A model generated the notes under the pieces. The model made no database searches. It saw only the letters and a program-made list of their open reading frames with translations, and was not told the origin of the DNA. From the IMG/VR virus record IMGVR_UViG_3300012231_000005, positions 1 to 44,660 of that record: a DNA stretch of 44,660 nucleotides. One strand, given 5' to 3'. Below, in pieces: positions 1-10,470 of the stretch. Within the stretch, counting starts at the first letter, position 1. Each line of letters begins with the position of its first letter. This DNA comes from a virus (lineage: Duplodnaviria; Caudoviricetes). The translations under genes and the position numbers were made by a program.

Positions 1-123
1 CTGCCTCTTCGGGATCAGTATTCCCTCGAAACATCTCAAACTTCTTGAAGAAGTTCTCTATGCCTGTACGAATTGGATTTTCATTATCTTCAGGGTAGAA
101 GCGGGGATTGTACTTGATAGCCA
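1..123. repeat. Terminal direct repeat, copy 1 (circular assembly overlap)
   Basis: 1-123 is identical to 44538-44660; an ORF reads through the junction. Confidence 0.95.
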
Positions 124-124
124 T
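1..124 (-). CDS. 5' end of the putative internal virion protein that continues at 44537->43369
   Basis: ATG at 124 is 30 codons upstream of and in frame with MFRGNT (34 = 44571); reads MAIKYNPRFYPEDNENPIRTGIENFFKKFEM; starts just after the 152..1234 stop. Confidence 0.8.
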   Translation of the reverse strand, partial: MAIKYNPRFYPEDNENPIRTGIENFFKKFEMFRGNTDPEEA

Positions 125-151
125 TCTATTTATCTTTCAAGTCTAGAGAGA

Positions 152-1234
152 TTAAGTCTCATCGGCGTCTTTGCCGGGCTTAAACTTTTTGACAACACTG
201 CCAAAAGCGGAAGTTGGATTTATAAACGCAGCAGCGACAGGCCCAGCTACGCTACTGACGAAGTTTCCAACCTTCTCTAATCCACTTACATTAGGATTAT
301 ATCCAGCCCTTTGCTGTAGGATATTGGCATTCGCAGCAGATCCTTGTCCCGCAGCCTGATTCAGACTCGTATTGTAAGAAGCAACTTCTCCAGGAGTCTG
401 ACCACGCAAAGCAGCCATCGAATTGACAGCTGCTAATCTAGACTGATTCGTATTTTCCAATCCGCCAGCACCGGCGAGTCGATTCTTGGCGATGCTTTCG
501 TTAAGACCGAATCTCGTATTCGTGGCGCCGCCCATTCCTTCCATGAACTTCTTTGCAAGGAGGTTTTGAAGTGTGCCTTCGCTTCTTTCTGCGCCTTCTG
601 CTCCAGCCATACGATTCTTGCGAATCATATCTTGAAGCATACCTTCTGTATTCGTATTCGCTGCCTGAATTTCTCTGCTCTTATCTCTAGCTAATGCCCT
701 ATTTCCAGACTCATATCCAGGACTATATCCACCCTGTGCGGCATTCTGCTGAGACAGACGGTTTTTTAATGCGTCAAAGACAGATGCAGTTCCCGAGGTG
801 CCACGCGCTCGGAAATTCTGCATTTGTCCTTCATCGAATCCACCTGTCTTGGCGAATTCGTCGTAAACACCAGCGCCTCGCATTCGAGCGCGATCTTGCT
901 CAGAGATATCAGCGCCAGATGCGTATCGCTTGTAATCTCCGATATTTCCTTCAAGCTCAGCGATATCCTCTGGACTGTATCCGCCAGTTCGAGAAAGCTC
1001 TTCAAAAGTAGAAGAAGCCCCAGAAGGATCATCCATCTTACCAAGGATATCTCGATAATTATTTAGAGATTCGTTATAAAGATTCGATGATCTGTCATAG
1101 GCTTGATTGCCCATGTCGGAGTATTTATCAATAAGAGAGTCACGTTGACGACGTTCCTCATCTTGCTGACGAAGAAGATCGGCGTTTATCTGCTTAGATT
1201 CTTTGCTCTTACCAAGCCAACTAAAAAGGCCCAT
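152..1234 (-). CDS. Putative ejected internal virion (DNA transfer/pilot) protein
   Basis: 360 aa, G/A/N/Q-rich helical, Cys-free, hydrophobic C-terminal patch; lies downstream of tail genes as in podovirus ejection modules. Confidence 0.65.
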   Translation of the reverse strand: MGLFSWLGKSKESKQINADLLRQQDEERRQRDSLIDKYSDMGNQAYDRSSNLYNESLNNYRDILGKMDDPSGASSTFEELSRTGGYSPEDIAELEGNIGDYKRYASGADISEQDRARMRGAGVYDEFAKTGGFDEGQMQNFRARGTSGTASVFDALKNRLSQQNAAQGGYSPGYESGNRALARDKSREIQAANTNTEGMLQDMIRKNRMAGAEGAERSEGTLQNLLAKKFMEGMGGATNTRFGLNESIAKNRLAGAGGLENTNQSRLAAVNSMAALRGQTPGEVASYNTSLNQAAGQGSAANANILQQRAGYNPNVSGLEKVGNFVSSVAGPVAAAFINPTSAFGSVVKKFKPGKDADET

Positions 1235-1243
1235 ATCCCATCC

Positions 1244-2056
1244 TCACTGAGTCGGAGATAATCCAGGAATGTATCCAGTTGTTCTTCCTGGCAAGCTGTA
1301 AAAAGGATTATTTGGATCAGTTACGCCACCTTGACGTACATCTCCAAAGGGACTTGTCGATGAAACGGGCCTTCTTGTAGAAGGACTAGATCCACCGTGG
1401 CCTAAATATCGTGACCATCCACGATCATACGCTGAATTTGGGGTATTTAAATATGGTCTATCCGCTGCGTTTCCCGTTGGAGTATTTGCAGGTGGCGCAG
1501 CAGGCGGAGGCGCAGTTGCTTGTCCACCGTATGCAGTCCCAGTTCCGAAAATCTGCGGGGTTGTAGCAGTCCCACCATAATTTCTTGCTTGTGCAGTAGA
1601 TCCAGATCCAACTCTCTGACCTGCTTCATTGCGATAATCTTCACCGTATCGCATTTCTCCGATTCCACCGGAGCGGTAAAGACCGATATTCGGATCCCAC
1701 GTTAAATGTCCCGCTCTTACTAATCTATTTAGAGCATCTCTCTGAATCTGGGCTTGTCTGTCTTCTCCATATCTGTCGAAGACATTCTTACCCTTTTCAT
1801 GAACATTTTCATATCTTTCATTGGGATTCCAGGGAGAAGGAATGTCTTCAATTCGCATCCCTTCCGCGATTGCATCACCGATATATTCGTCTTCCTGCGC
1901 GGCCCATCTTTGCCAATCTTGGGTTAATTTATCCCAAGCTTCCATCCCCATTTCATCCTGCATACGAGCGCGTTCAGGATTATAATTAGGCGAATCTGGA
2001 TCCGCAGATCCATGCGGCGGCATCGGTGGCGGAGGGCCAGGATTTCTAGTTGGCAT
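1244..2056 (-). CDS. Pro/Gly-rich putative internal virion protein
   Basis: 270 aa ORF tightly packed in late operon; low complexity. Confidence 0.6.
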   Translation of the reverse strand: MPTRNPGPPPPMPPHGSADPDSPNYNPERARMQDEMGMEAWDKLTQDWQRWAAQEDEYIGDAIAEGMRIEDIPSPWNPNERYENVHEKGKNVFDRYGEDRQAQIQRDALNRLVRAGHLTWDPNIGLYRSGGIGEMRYGEDYRNEAGQRVGSGSTAQARNYGGTATTPQIFGTGTAYGGQATAPPPAAPPANTPTGNAADRPYLNTPNSAYDRGWSRYLGHGGSSPSTRRPVSSTSPFGDVRQGGVTDPNNPFYSLPGRTTGYIPGLSPTQ

Positions 2057-2057
2057 T

Positions 2058-2798
2058 TTAGCCTCCTAATCCCAAACCGAAAGCGCCAGCATTCGGATCG
2101 TTCTGTCTCCTTCGTCTCTGATTTTCATCTAGAAGAGGATTCGAAGGATCGTTATATCCACCGACACGAAGTCCACCGTACCCTGTATCTGTCGGATTCA
2201 TGAATGCTGGATCAGGAACCATCCCACCAACTCTATTCCCGCGAAGAAATGCATCATTCCTCGTTTTTAGATTTGGTCGATAAGCTCGATACGATCCGAC
2301 ATTCGGTCTGCCTGATGGAGGTTGATTAAATGGTCCAGTAGGTGGAGGAGATACAACCGTATTGTTTGCAGGCCCCGCATATGCCCCACCACTATTAAAT
2401 CTAGGAGCGGAACTTGGCGGATTAAAAGAAGTTGGAGGTGGCCCTGTCGGTTCTGATGGGACATCTTCTGGAGGTTCAAATCCAGGATTATGAGGAAGAG
2501 TAATTGGACCGCCAATTGATGGAGGACCACCTGGATTGAAAGGTTTCGGTCCTCTTACATCTCCTCCACCAGTAGGATCAGGATTATATCCACCACCCCC
2601 ACCACCGCTTACATCTCCATCTCCAGGTCCAAATGGAGGAATTAAAACTGGATTTGGAGTTGGTGGATTTCCAACTGGTACTCCAGGCCAAGGAGATATT
2701 GGCATGTTTTCATCTGGCGGAGAAGGTGGAGATCCACCGAAATTAAATCCAGAGCGATCAAAATCATTGAAGCCCATTTCGTCAAATCGTCGAGCCAT
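2058..2798 (-). CDS. Pro/Gly-rich putative internal virion protein
   Basis: 246 aa ORF, extremely P/G-rich; C-terminal motif shared with 1244..2056. Confidence 0.6.
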   Translation of the reverse strand: MARRFDEMGFNDFDRSGFNFGGSPPSPPDENMPISPWPGVPVGNPPTPNPVLIPPFGPGDGDVSGGGGGGYNPDPTGGGDVRGPKPFNPGGPPSIGGPITLPHNPGFEPPEDVPSEPTGPPPTSFNPPSSAPRFNSGGAYAGPANNTVVSPPPTGPFNQPPSGRPNVGSYRAYRPNLKTRNDAFLRGNRVGGMVPDPAFMNPTDTGYGGLRVGGYNDPSNPLLDENQRRRRQNDPNAGAFGLGLGG

Positions 2799-2808
2799 TT
2801 CTTTTTCC

Positions 2809-3612
2809 TTAATTTAGAGTCGCTCGGAGACTGTATCCGACGCAGTCATTATTTGAGGCGCCTAGGCCGGTTAATTTCAAGGTCAATTCATTAGCCATGA
2901 TTTCGGTAGTCAGGAACGGGATAGACGCAATTCCACCACCTGTGGCACCTGCGGTTCCATGCATAGCAAATCCACCAGATTGCTGAGAAGTTGGACCTGT
3001 ACGGAGACAAGTTCCAAATCCCCAAATGGATTCATTATCCCAAATTCCAGAAACTTCGAAGATTCTCGAAGCTCCGAGGCGGACTCTCCAAGTCTTGTTA
3101 TTGCCGCTAAGGGTGTTGTATCCCATGAAGACGAAGGTGAAAGAATCTCCGTCATTCCTGAGAAATGACGCAGGTAGAACTGTCTCGATTAATGTTGTCT
3201 CTATTCCAGCTGAAGATCCAACTGTCCCAGATGCAGAAAGAGACTGACCGATATTGACCCAATTTTGACCGTTGTAGTAGGATAAGACATTGTTCGATGC
3301 ATCGTATAAAAGCAGCCCCTTCGCGGGCATGTTGATGTTGAGCTTATCTGAGAGAGTCACATTATTCAAACCGAAGCCAGTCTTTTTCCGTGGATCGTTA
3401 GCTGCTGTAGAGTTCAAATCTAACATCGCGGAAAACGCTGGATGGAATCCAAATCCGATGCGTCCATCTTCACTGAAGACAAACGATTTAAGAATGAGTT
3501 CGAGCTTATCGTTGACTTCCTTGAAAGCTTGATAGAGCTTTGGATCGCTTATTTGACGACCAAGAATCAGGATTTCAGGGTTGGCGCTACTCAATGTGGA
3601 CGCTCCTCCCAA
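2809..3612 (-). CDS. Putative short tail fibre / tail appendage protein
   Basis: GRIGFG..P..SAMLDLNS and PAKGLLLYD..NNVLSYYNGQNW motifs typical of phage fibres; follows the nozzle-like gene. Confidence 0.6.
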   Translation of the reverse strand: MGGASTLSSANPEILILGRQISDPKLYQAFKEVNDKLELILKSFVFSEDGRIGFGFHPAFSAMLDLNSTAANDPRKKTGFGLNNVTLSDKLNINMPAKGLLLYDASNNVLSYYNGQNWVNIGQSLSASGTVGSSAGIETTLIETVLPASFLRNDGDSFTFVFMGYNTLSGNNKTWRVRLGASRIFEVSGIWDNESIWGFGTCLRTGPTSQQSGGFAMHGTAGATGGGIASIPFLTTEIMANELTLKLTGLGASNNDCVGYSLRATLN

Positions 3613-5453
3613 ATCTCCTGAGCATGTACGATGATACGGTTCAGATACCAGCCATGATTGACAGCATTCGTCCCGATCTGGACAGCCATCTTCTCATTTG
3701 TCAGGTTCAGAAGTCTGAATAGATCTCTACCTGGAGCCGTCGAAAGTGCCAATGGATTTATCGTTGCAGGAAGGACTCCATCTTGTCCATTTATCGTGAT
3801 TAAGAGATTTCCAGCCCCAGTAACTCTAAACTGGATCTTAGCGAAGTGACAAATTCGACCTTCTGGAGAGTTGTAAAGAAGGGCAGTCTTGACGTAAGAT
3901 AAAATTATAGAGCCATCATCACTTAGATTATCAGGAAGTAGGACATAAGTGTTACCATCGGATGATCCAAACTCCAAACGGGGAACAAGATCATCCATCG
4001 CTCTTACTGACCGGATAAAGATCGATGTAGGTTTCTTCGAATAAGTATCAAGTCCCCATCGAATCGTCTCAGGAGATAGACCATTCTTATAATCTCCAAT
4101 TAAGACATAATTTGGTTCGGTCGCATCGTCTAGTGGGACATTGATATAAATGACTTTGTCCGTCGGATCGATATAGACTTGAATTTGCGTGAAATATTGA
4201 CGATTGATTCGATTCCAGATATCATAAATCTTCCAAGATAAAGGCTTATCACCGAAAGATCCGATATATCCTAAGAGACCGGAGGTATCAGCGATGATAA
4301 ATCTATCTTGCGTATTACCAAGAGAATCAAGGACAATGGAGGTTCCGAAGCATTCAGTACCAATGCCGTTATCAACAAGATTAACATCCCACGTAGCAGG
4401 GGAGTTGCCATTGTTTCGCGTAACATAAGTGCGCTGAGACTTGAAAATATGAAGAAGATCGCGGTATTCGATAGCCGCTTTAACCCCCTCTCCTGCATCA
4501 CCGGGATTGACGAGTACGAACCCGTCAACAGACGAAAACGACTCCGGTTCACCTGGGCGAGAAATTCTGACGACACTTTCTTTATCAAATTCCCCTCCCA
4601 CAACCAAAGATCCCTGATATGAAGTAAGACAGCATCCAGTCGGGATTTCAGTTAGTTGGTCCAGTAGATAATCAGCAGAAGATAGAAGGTCATTATCAAA
4701 GAAACTAACTGCAATTGTTGTCGCAGTGTTATTGTCGATTTTTCCTTCCGGGACGAAGAAGAATTCGTAGTCATCTTCTCTGCCTGAATATCCAACGATG
4801 ACTTTCGTCGCGAGAATGTGCCTCGCAGCGGTTCCGGTAGGACCGACCGCAACTGCCGAAAGGTCGATTTTCTTATTACCCGGAGCAGTATAAGAAATAG
4901 AAGGAGAACCCAGAGTAATAAATCCTGAGTCAGTCTCGTAAGCATACCTTATCAAATGTAGGCCGACTTCGACGTTTCCTGCCGTTGCAGATGTAGCCGC
5001 TGCTAATGCTACTGTAGGCGCAGCACCGCCAGCTTTTCTGAAATTCGTCCCATCCCAGACATAGATGAATTCATTGGCTAGGCCAGAGATTCTATCATGT
5101 ATCGAGATGTAGGCACGATTAAAGAGACTGACGACCGAGAAGTCTATTACTTCTAGAGGATTGAAATCTTTGATAGGAACTGTGAGACTTTGGACGCTAT
5201 CAAAGAGTTGATTGTTATCATTTAGAATCAGGAGGCGCTGAGCTTCTCCGATTCGAGTGTAAAGGTGGACACGCTTGATAGGTGTTGGAAAATCGGTAAG
5301 TTCCGAGATCCCTCCACGGGTATTCACTCCCAATTGAGTGAATCGGAAATTCAAACCTTCTCTAAAATGATCGATCGGAACTACATCATCCGATCCACGA
5401 TCAAATAGACCGTTGAATTCCTGTATGACTATCGGAGCGTGTCCCCTTCCCAC
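3591..5453 (-). CDS. Tail tubular/nozzle protein (P22 gp10 / T7 gp12-like)
   Basis: 620 aa beta-rich; N-terminal FNGL motif, VRISRPGEPESF motif; position after adaptor gene. Confidence 0.7.
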   Translation of the reverse strand: MGRGHAPIVIQEFNGLFDRGSDDVVPIDHFREGLNFRFTQLGVNTRGGISELTDFPTPIKRVHLYTRIGEAQRLLILNDNNQLFDSVQSLTVPIKDFNPLEVIDFSVVSLFNRAYISIHDRISGLANEFIYVWDGTNFRKAGGAAPTVALAAATSATAGNVEVGLHLIRYAYETDSGFITLGSPSISYTAPGNKKIDLSAVAVGPTGTAARHILATKVIVGYSGREDDYEFFFVPEGKIDNNTATTIAVSFFDNDLLSSADYLLDQLTEIPTGCCLTSYQGSLVVGGEFDKESVVRISRPGEPESFSSVDGFVLVNPGDAGEGVKAAIEYRDLLHIFKSQRTYVTRNNGNSPATWDVNLVDNGIGTECFGTSIVLDSLGNTQDRFIIADTSGLLGYIGSFGDKPLSWKIYDIWNRINRQYFTQIQVYIDPTDKVIYINVPLDDATEPNYVLIGDYKNGLSPETIRWGLDTYSKKPTSIFIRSVRAMDDLVPRLEFGSSDGNTYVLLPDNLSDDGSIILSYVKTALLYNSPEGRICHFAKIQFRVTGAGNLLITINGQDGVLPATINPLALSTAPGRDLFRLLNLTNEKMAVQIGTNAVNHGWYLNRIIVHAQEIWEERPH

Positions 5454-5462
5454 TGCTCGATC

Positions 5463-5942
5463 TCAGAATCCAGTCGAATGAACTCGGAAAGTCATTCTGA
5501 CGCGGACGATATTGTCGCCGGCTGCATTTCCGGTGATTTCTCCAGCCCCTGTATTATGAAGAACAAGAGCCTTATCTTCACCATTTGCCTTCGAGACAAT
5601 CGCATCGATCTTAGCCCGTGCAGTCGTAATTGTATCCGCAGTCTGATCGAGAACGCCTGTAGTCTCGATAGCTTCTGAAACAATCACTCCTGTACCATCT
5701 CCGAGGCGCACTGCGAGATTATTGGCAGAATCCACGAAAGCGTTGGATCCGCCGTAATCCAGCAGCAACATCGCACCGAGAAACTCATTGATGAATCCAA
5801 CTCCCGGTGCTGGAGCTAACGTGATCGGTGTAGCCCTGAGAGCCTTAATTTGTGCTGACGTAATCGGAACGACAACTGAGAAATCATAGATACCGTTCTT
5901 GACTCTCTCAGTTAATTGACTCCAAATCGATCTTCCAAGCAT
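5463..5942 (-). CDS. Putative virion structural protein (beta-sandwich)
   Basis: 159 aa; ITSAQIKALRATPITLAPAPG motif seen in phage structural proteins; late operon. Confidence 0.55.
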   Translation of the reverse strand: MLGRSIWSQLTERVKNGIYDFSVVVPITSAQIKALRATPITLAPAPGVGFINEFLGAMLLLDYGGSNAFVDSANNLAVRLGDGTGVIVSEAIETTGVLDQTADTITTARAKIDAIVSKANGEDKALVLHNTGAGEITGNAAGDNIVRVRMTFRVHSTGF

Positions 5943-5973
5943 CTCTTTATCCTAACAGGCCGAAGCCCAGGTT

Positions 5974-6636
5974 TCACTGAAACCAGTTAGTTGTTCTACG
6001 TCTCCGATAGCCTAACCTTCTCACCGGAAGGTTTTGACGTTGCTTTACTTGCGTTGTGACAAGTTCTTCGAGAGCGTCTTTTGCATCCGCTGCAAGCGCC
6101 TCAGATCTCTCTTTATTCGCACCGACTACAAACGCTGCAATCGACGCGATTCGAGACGCGAGGAATGTCTGAGAATTTGCGATCAGACTGATATCGAATT
6201 CTGCATCGTCCACTTCTGGAAGGTATTTGTAATACGTCTTTACGACACGATCCGCCGTGGCCCCGATGAGAAATATTGATCCCCCACGCCATGACCAATA
6301 TTTAAGCGTAGCGTCTAATACGGTATTCGGTAAAGTTTCACGCTCCACCATTGGGACATAAAACTCGTCAGCATCTCCAGACGCCTTTTCCCACATCGAA
6401 ATCGGCTGGATTATATCGGTGATTTGATAAGGAATTCCAACCACAGCAGATGCAGGAATCGTATCGAAGTTGGTTTTCGTCGGATAAGGCATCCCCTCCT
6501 TTATCAACCGAGTCATCAATTCGCGAAAAGACTTTTTCGCGAAAGGGAGAAGCGCATTCGATGTATAGATATCCCCAGAGATATCATTCAGAAGCGATTG
6601 CGCCTCGGTGATGCAGGCTGATATCAGGATTGGCAT
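5974..6636 (-). CDS. Head-tail adaptor / tail tubular protein A-like
   Basis: 220 aa; N-terminal helix (ITEAQSLLND), basic C-terminus, position before nozzle. Confidence 0.6.
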   Translation of the reverse strand: MPILISACITEAQSLLNDISGDIYTSNALLPFAKKSFRELMTRLIKEGMPYPTKTNFDTIPASAVVGIPYQITDIIQPISMWEKASGDADEFYVPMVERETLPNTVLDATLKYWSWRGGSIFLIGATADRVVKTYYKYLPEVDDAEFDISLIANSQTFLASRIASIAAFVVGANKERSEALAADAKDALEELVTTQVKQRQNLPVRRLGYRRRRTTNWFQ

Positions 6637-6654
6637 TCTTCTCTCTTTGGAAAA

Positions 6655-7275
6655 TCAGACCTGCTTGAATCCTCGAGCCTTATACTCTTCAGGCTTTACG
6701 ATTGTTCGACACTGAGCACAAATCATTGCATCATCAGGAATCGTCTGTCTACACGCAGGGCAGGAAACCATTCTAGCCTGCTCGATTTGTCTCGCCCAAG
6801 GACGATCATACTTCAGATAATCCGCAGCAAATCTCTGCAAATCTGAGATCGCCTTATGCACACCGTAACGTGCCCAATCGTCATCCGCGAGGCGACAAAT
6901 TCGACGGAACCATTCAGTCTGTCGATTTCGTGCTTCGATAATCTTATCAGCAAATCTATCTATGATTTCCTGTTCTGTAAAAGCTCCTTCCACCCAGAAA
7001 AGCCCTGGACCCGCATCGGGGGTGTAGGACATGAAGGAGGAACAGAAGTCGTAGACAATTGATTGCGCAAGAGACTCAGCAAGAATTGGAACTTTGATGG
7101 CTTTTGCGTCGATGTCATAATAGAATGTAAACCCATCGGCCACTTGTAGAGTCTGCGGTTTGTCGTTGATAGCTTTTGGTATAAGGAATCTGCCAGGATA
7201 AACACCGGGTTTCTCCTCATTGACATCGAACGGGAAAATCGAAACGACTGTAGTCTTACCCATCTTATTTCTCAT
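6655..7275 (-). CDS. Hypothetical protein with C-terminal zinc ribbon
   Basis: CPACR...CAQCR; start may be ATG at 7263. Confidence 0.65.
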   Translation of the reverse strand: MRNKMGKTTVVSIFPFDVNEEKPGVYPGRFLIPKAINDKPQTLQVADGFTFYYDIDAKAIKVPILAESLAQSIVYDFCSSFMSYTPDAGPGLFWVEGAFTEQEIIDRFADKIIEARNRQTEWFRRICRLADDDWARYGVHKAISDLQRFAADYLKYDRPWARQIEQARMVSCPACRQTIPDDAMICAQCRTIVKPEEYKARGFKQV

Positions 7276-7819
7276 TATCTCGGTGAATGATTACAGCTTC
7301 ACCGTGTCTAAACTGCGTTTGCATCGGTGTAGAGATATCTAATTGCTCCTCGAATTCAGCGATTTCCTTCTTGAACTTTTCAGCCTCCTCTGCATTGATT
7401 TCTTTTTGCCCCTTGTGCCACTTCGATCTGCCGAGCAACGTTTGGACAAGGAGATTTATGGCAATCCAAATAGGCTTGAGGTACTTACCATCTTTCGATT
7501 CAAAATTCCAGACGATCTCATAGTGTCCCTTCTCAGATTCTGGAAGTTCTTCAGTAGGAGAAAAGACTAACTTCTCGAGAATCCATCTTTCGTTGATATA
7601 CGAATACTTTCGAACCTTCTTGATTCCGACTTCTGTACGCAAAAAGATCTTTCCGCTGAAGATATTGAACGTACCGCGGCGCATTTCGAATTGTTCGTCA
7701 GCCCACACGACTCGGAACTTCGGTCGCGCGTCAGGAATCGTTTCCCCTGTCTTAGAGATATAGATCCCTGTACCGTACTCTTCGATCAGTCTCTTATTGA
7801 TGAGTTTGATATTTTCCAT
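7265..7819 (-). CDS. Hypothetical phage protein
   Basis: 184 aa ORF immediately downstream of capsid gene. Confidence 0.65.
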   Translation of the reverse strand: MENIKLINKRLIEEYGTGIYISKTGETIPDARPKFRVVWADEQFEMRRGTFNIFSGKIFLRTEVGIKKVRKYSYINERWILEKLVFSPTEELPESEKGHYEIVWNFESKDGKYLKPIWIAINLLVQTLLGRSKWHKGQKEINAEEAEKFKKEIAEFEEQLDISTPMQTQFRHGEAVIIHRDNEK

Positions 7820-7835
7820 GATATCGAAATCGAAA

Positions 7836-7866
7836 TCAAAGCGCCGGTTTTTTGGGGAAAACCGGC
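7836..7866 (-). terminator. Possible weak intrinsic terminator after major capsid gene
   Basis: 9-bp stem GCCGGTTTT/AAAACCGGC (7843-7866) followed on the minus strand by GCTTTGATTT. Confidence 0.5.
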
Positions 7867-7903
7867 AAACCCTCTCTCACCGCGCTCCGCTTCGAGCTAT
7901 TGA

Positions 7904-9190
7904 TTAATAGCCCGAGGGAACTGTTAATCCGGAGATATACGAGCAAGCCGCCGGATTGTCCACAAAGATGTTGAAGCTCGCGGTGATATAGAACATATTC
8001 GCCGCGGCAACTCCACCATCTGAAGCAGAACGAGCCTCAAACGTATATCCACCGGATGGATTCTTGTAGAAGTCGGGTTCCTCCATAACGCCACGACCCC
8101 AGACTTCCCCAACAATGAAATCGATTCGTGTCTTATCCCACGAATACGATTGCTTGACAGGCGCGCCGGCCATCATCATGTTGTCGTTGAAATACAGATT
8201 CAGCGACTCTTCTTTCGCCTGCTTGTTAATCATCACAGCCAATTGTCCAAGCTCTTCGTAAGCTTGCGCTTGGCAAGGATGCATCCATGCGACGCATTTC
8301 ATACCGTGATCGATACCGATTCGATCCCCGATCTTATTCAGCGCCAGTCTCGGATGTGTTAAGGCCAAACTGGACGAAGCCGTAACGCGATTCGCACGAA
8401 TCTCAGGATTCGCACCACGATCTAATCCCAACCACGTGCCAGATGATGCATTGTTGTGATGATACGGCACACCAAGGATCGAAACTGGAGGAGTCGCAGT
8501 TAAACCAGAAACCACGATCTTATCGCCAGCAATCGCAGGCGCCGCAACAGTTGCATTGAATCGAACACGCTTATCCTGCAACTCGTAAAGATCAATCGGA
8601 CCTTCGTCATTAACGGTTCCCAGCGTAGAGAATACCTTTCGAGTTGTTAGAGTAGAGTTATAAACGCTGTAGAAAGAACCGAAACGCAACAGACGAACGC
8701 CGAATCCATCACCTGCCGCGGCGCAAGTATACGTATCCTTACCACCGGAAGTAGAAACGCCAGAAATCGTAGCCAAAACTCCATCACCGCCGGTCATGCA
8801 AAGAGAATCGACCTGACGACGGAATTCAGCCATCGACTTCGCAACGGTTCTCTTAACGTAATTCACGACAGACTTTCGACGATCATCAGTCGCGATTTCC
8901 GTCAGATGGTTATACTCAACGCCATACTTTAAGTGTGCAGTAGGCAGTAAACCCTTTTCAAGGACTGGCCCATCACCACGACCCAGAGATCCACCTTCTG
9001 GATTGTAATGTCCAAATCGACCACCGGGCCGAATCTCTAACGGGATTCTCATACTGATATTCGAAACGACTTCGACATCCCGCTTCAGGATATCAGCGTA
9101 GAAAAGCCCATCTCTATCGAAAAGGGTAGGAAGTTTAGTCCTAACTTTCTCAAGTTCAGCAGCTGCGACTTGCGCCTCTGTGACAGCCAT
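7904..9190 (-). CDS. Major capsid protein
   Basis: 428 aa after scaffold; GGGAGA RBS; size and gene order portal-scaffold-capsid. Confidence 0.8.
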   Translation of the reverse strand: MAVTEAQVAAAELEKVRTKLPTLFDRDGLFYADILKRDVEVVSNISMRIPLEIRPGGRFGHYNPEGGSLGRGDGPVLEKGLLPTAHLKYGVEYNHLTEIATDDRRKSVVNYVKRTVAKSMAEFRRQVDSLCMTGGDGVLATISGVSTSGGKDTYTCAAAGDGFGVRLLRFGSFYSVYNSTLTTRKVFSTLGTVNDEGPIDLYELQDKRVRFNATVAAPAIAGDKIVVSGLTATPPVSILGVPYHHNNASSGTWLGLDRGANPEIRANRVTASSSLALTHPRLALNKIGDRIGIDHGMKCVAWMHPCQAQAYEELGQLAVMINKQAKEESLNLYFNDNMMMAGAPVKQSYSWDKTRIDFIVGEVWGRGVMEEPDFYKNPSGGYTFEARSASDGGVAAANMFYITASFNIFVDNPAACSYISGLTVPSGY

Positions 9191-9222
9191 GATTTCTTTT
9201 TCTCCCAGATCGCCTTCGCGAT

Positions 9223-10470
9223 CTATCTCTTTCGAAGTGTGACTTTACCGTTCAGTATATCCATATCGGATGTCTTACGGTAGTCAATACTCTTTGGATC
9301 TACATTACGGCCAGACACAACTTTCGATTCTTGATTGGTCCTAGACGGCGTGATTCGGTTTTTTGGGTTTCCATTTCCAGATGGTTGCGACTTTCCAGTC
9401 AAAGCCTCTCTTAGCAACTTTGCCCGGATGCCCGGCATAACCGTTTTAACGCGACCCAGGTACGCGGAGATAATCTGGGATTTTGCAGTTTCCGACAGTC
9501 CTGATTTCTTGGCTCGGCCCCAAAGCGAATTCATTAACGCAACATGATTCGCGTCCTTGCCAAGTGTTTCGTTGGTTTCTTTGATGATCTTGTGGATCAA
9601 AGCGTCTTTTACGAAATCAGTGAGTCTGTAGTTTTTTAGAGACTCCTTGACATCGCCTTCGAACTTTGTCAGCGCAGTGATTTTCGTGCCCGTGTCGAAT
9701 TCCTGATATCGGGCTTGGTAAAAGTTCTGTCTCTCTTGCTCGAATCTCTGCTGATCTGGATTTTGCGTGGGCCTCGGATCGTCCGGTACGCTGTAACTGT
9801 CGAATAAATGCTTTGCGATTACCTTCCCTGCATTCGCGAGATTCTTACCGAAATCTCCACCCATTCTATCGCCATCAGCCATCGCCGAGCGAAGAATGTT
9901 CTTGACAAGCGGGAGAGTTACTTTGATGTAAGTCTGCTTATCCCCTTTGAAAAGCGTCGGAAGGAAGTTGGTCGCGAATTTCTCATAGGATTTTGGATCT
10001 GACTGAGAGAGCGCAGAGAGGACCAAATTGGAATCTCCAGCCATAAGAGATCGCTCAAACTGATCCATCGTTTGTAATCGGCCAGAAGCTTCTTTCGCAT
10101 CGTCAACCGTCGGGAAAAGTTTGGCATACTCGTGATCCCTGAAAATTACACCACGAAGCTCAGGAGCTTCTTTCAGGAGACGCGGAGAGATCTTGTTGAT
10201 TTTCGCGACGAGTTCTTTTCCGCGTAAGTCGAGCTTCGCGACTTCTTCGGCTTCTTTTTCGGCATCCCTGGTAGCTTTTTCTTCGCCTTCTTCAATCGGC
10301 TCTTCGATTTCTTCGTCATCTGACTCCGGTTCAGGTAAAGTTTCAGAAGTGTCATCGATTGCATCGTCTATTTCTTTCTCAGATTCGGGTTCAGGTTCCG
10401 AATTCAGGATCTCTAAATCCTGTTCAAGTTCTGAGGCGCCGCCTGTACTTCCTGCGATTTCATCCGGCAT
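9223..10470 (-). CDS. Capsid scaffolding protein
   Basis: Acidic N-terminus, helical body, basic C-terminus; between portal and capsid. Confidence 0.7.
   Translation of the reverse strand: MPDEIAGSTGGASELEQDLEILNSEPEPESEKEIDDAIDDTSETLPEPESDDEEIEEPIEEGEEKATRDAEKEAEEVAKLDLRGKELVAKINKISPRLLKEAPELRGVIFRDHEYAKLFPTVDDAKEASGRLQTMDQFERSLMAGDSNLVLSALSQSDPKSYEKFATNFLPTLFKGDKQTYIKVTLPLVKNILRSAMADGDRMGGDFGKNLANAGKVIAKHLFDSYSVPDDPRPTQNPDQQRFEQERQNFYQARYQEFDTGTKITALTKFEGDVKESLKNYRLTDFVKDALIHKIIKETNETLGKDANHVALMNSLWGRAKKSGLSETAKSQIISAYLGRVKTVMPGIRAKLLREALTGKSQPSGNGNPKNRITPSRTNQESKVVSGRNVDPKSIDYRKTSDMDILNGKVTLRKR

Noticed and set aside
1-123. Terminal repeat as a biological DTR
   Set aside because: It falls inside a coding sequence of the late operon, which fits an assembler circular overlap better.
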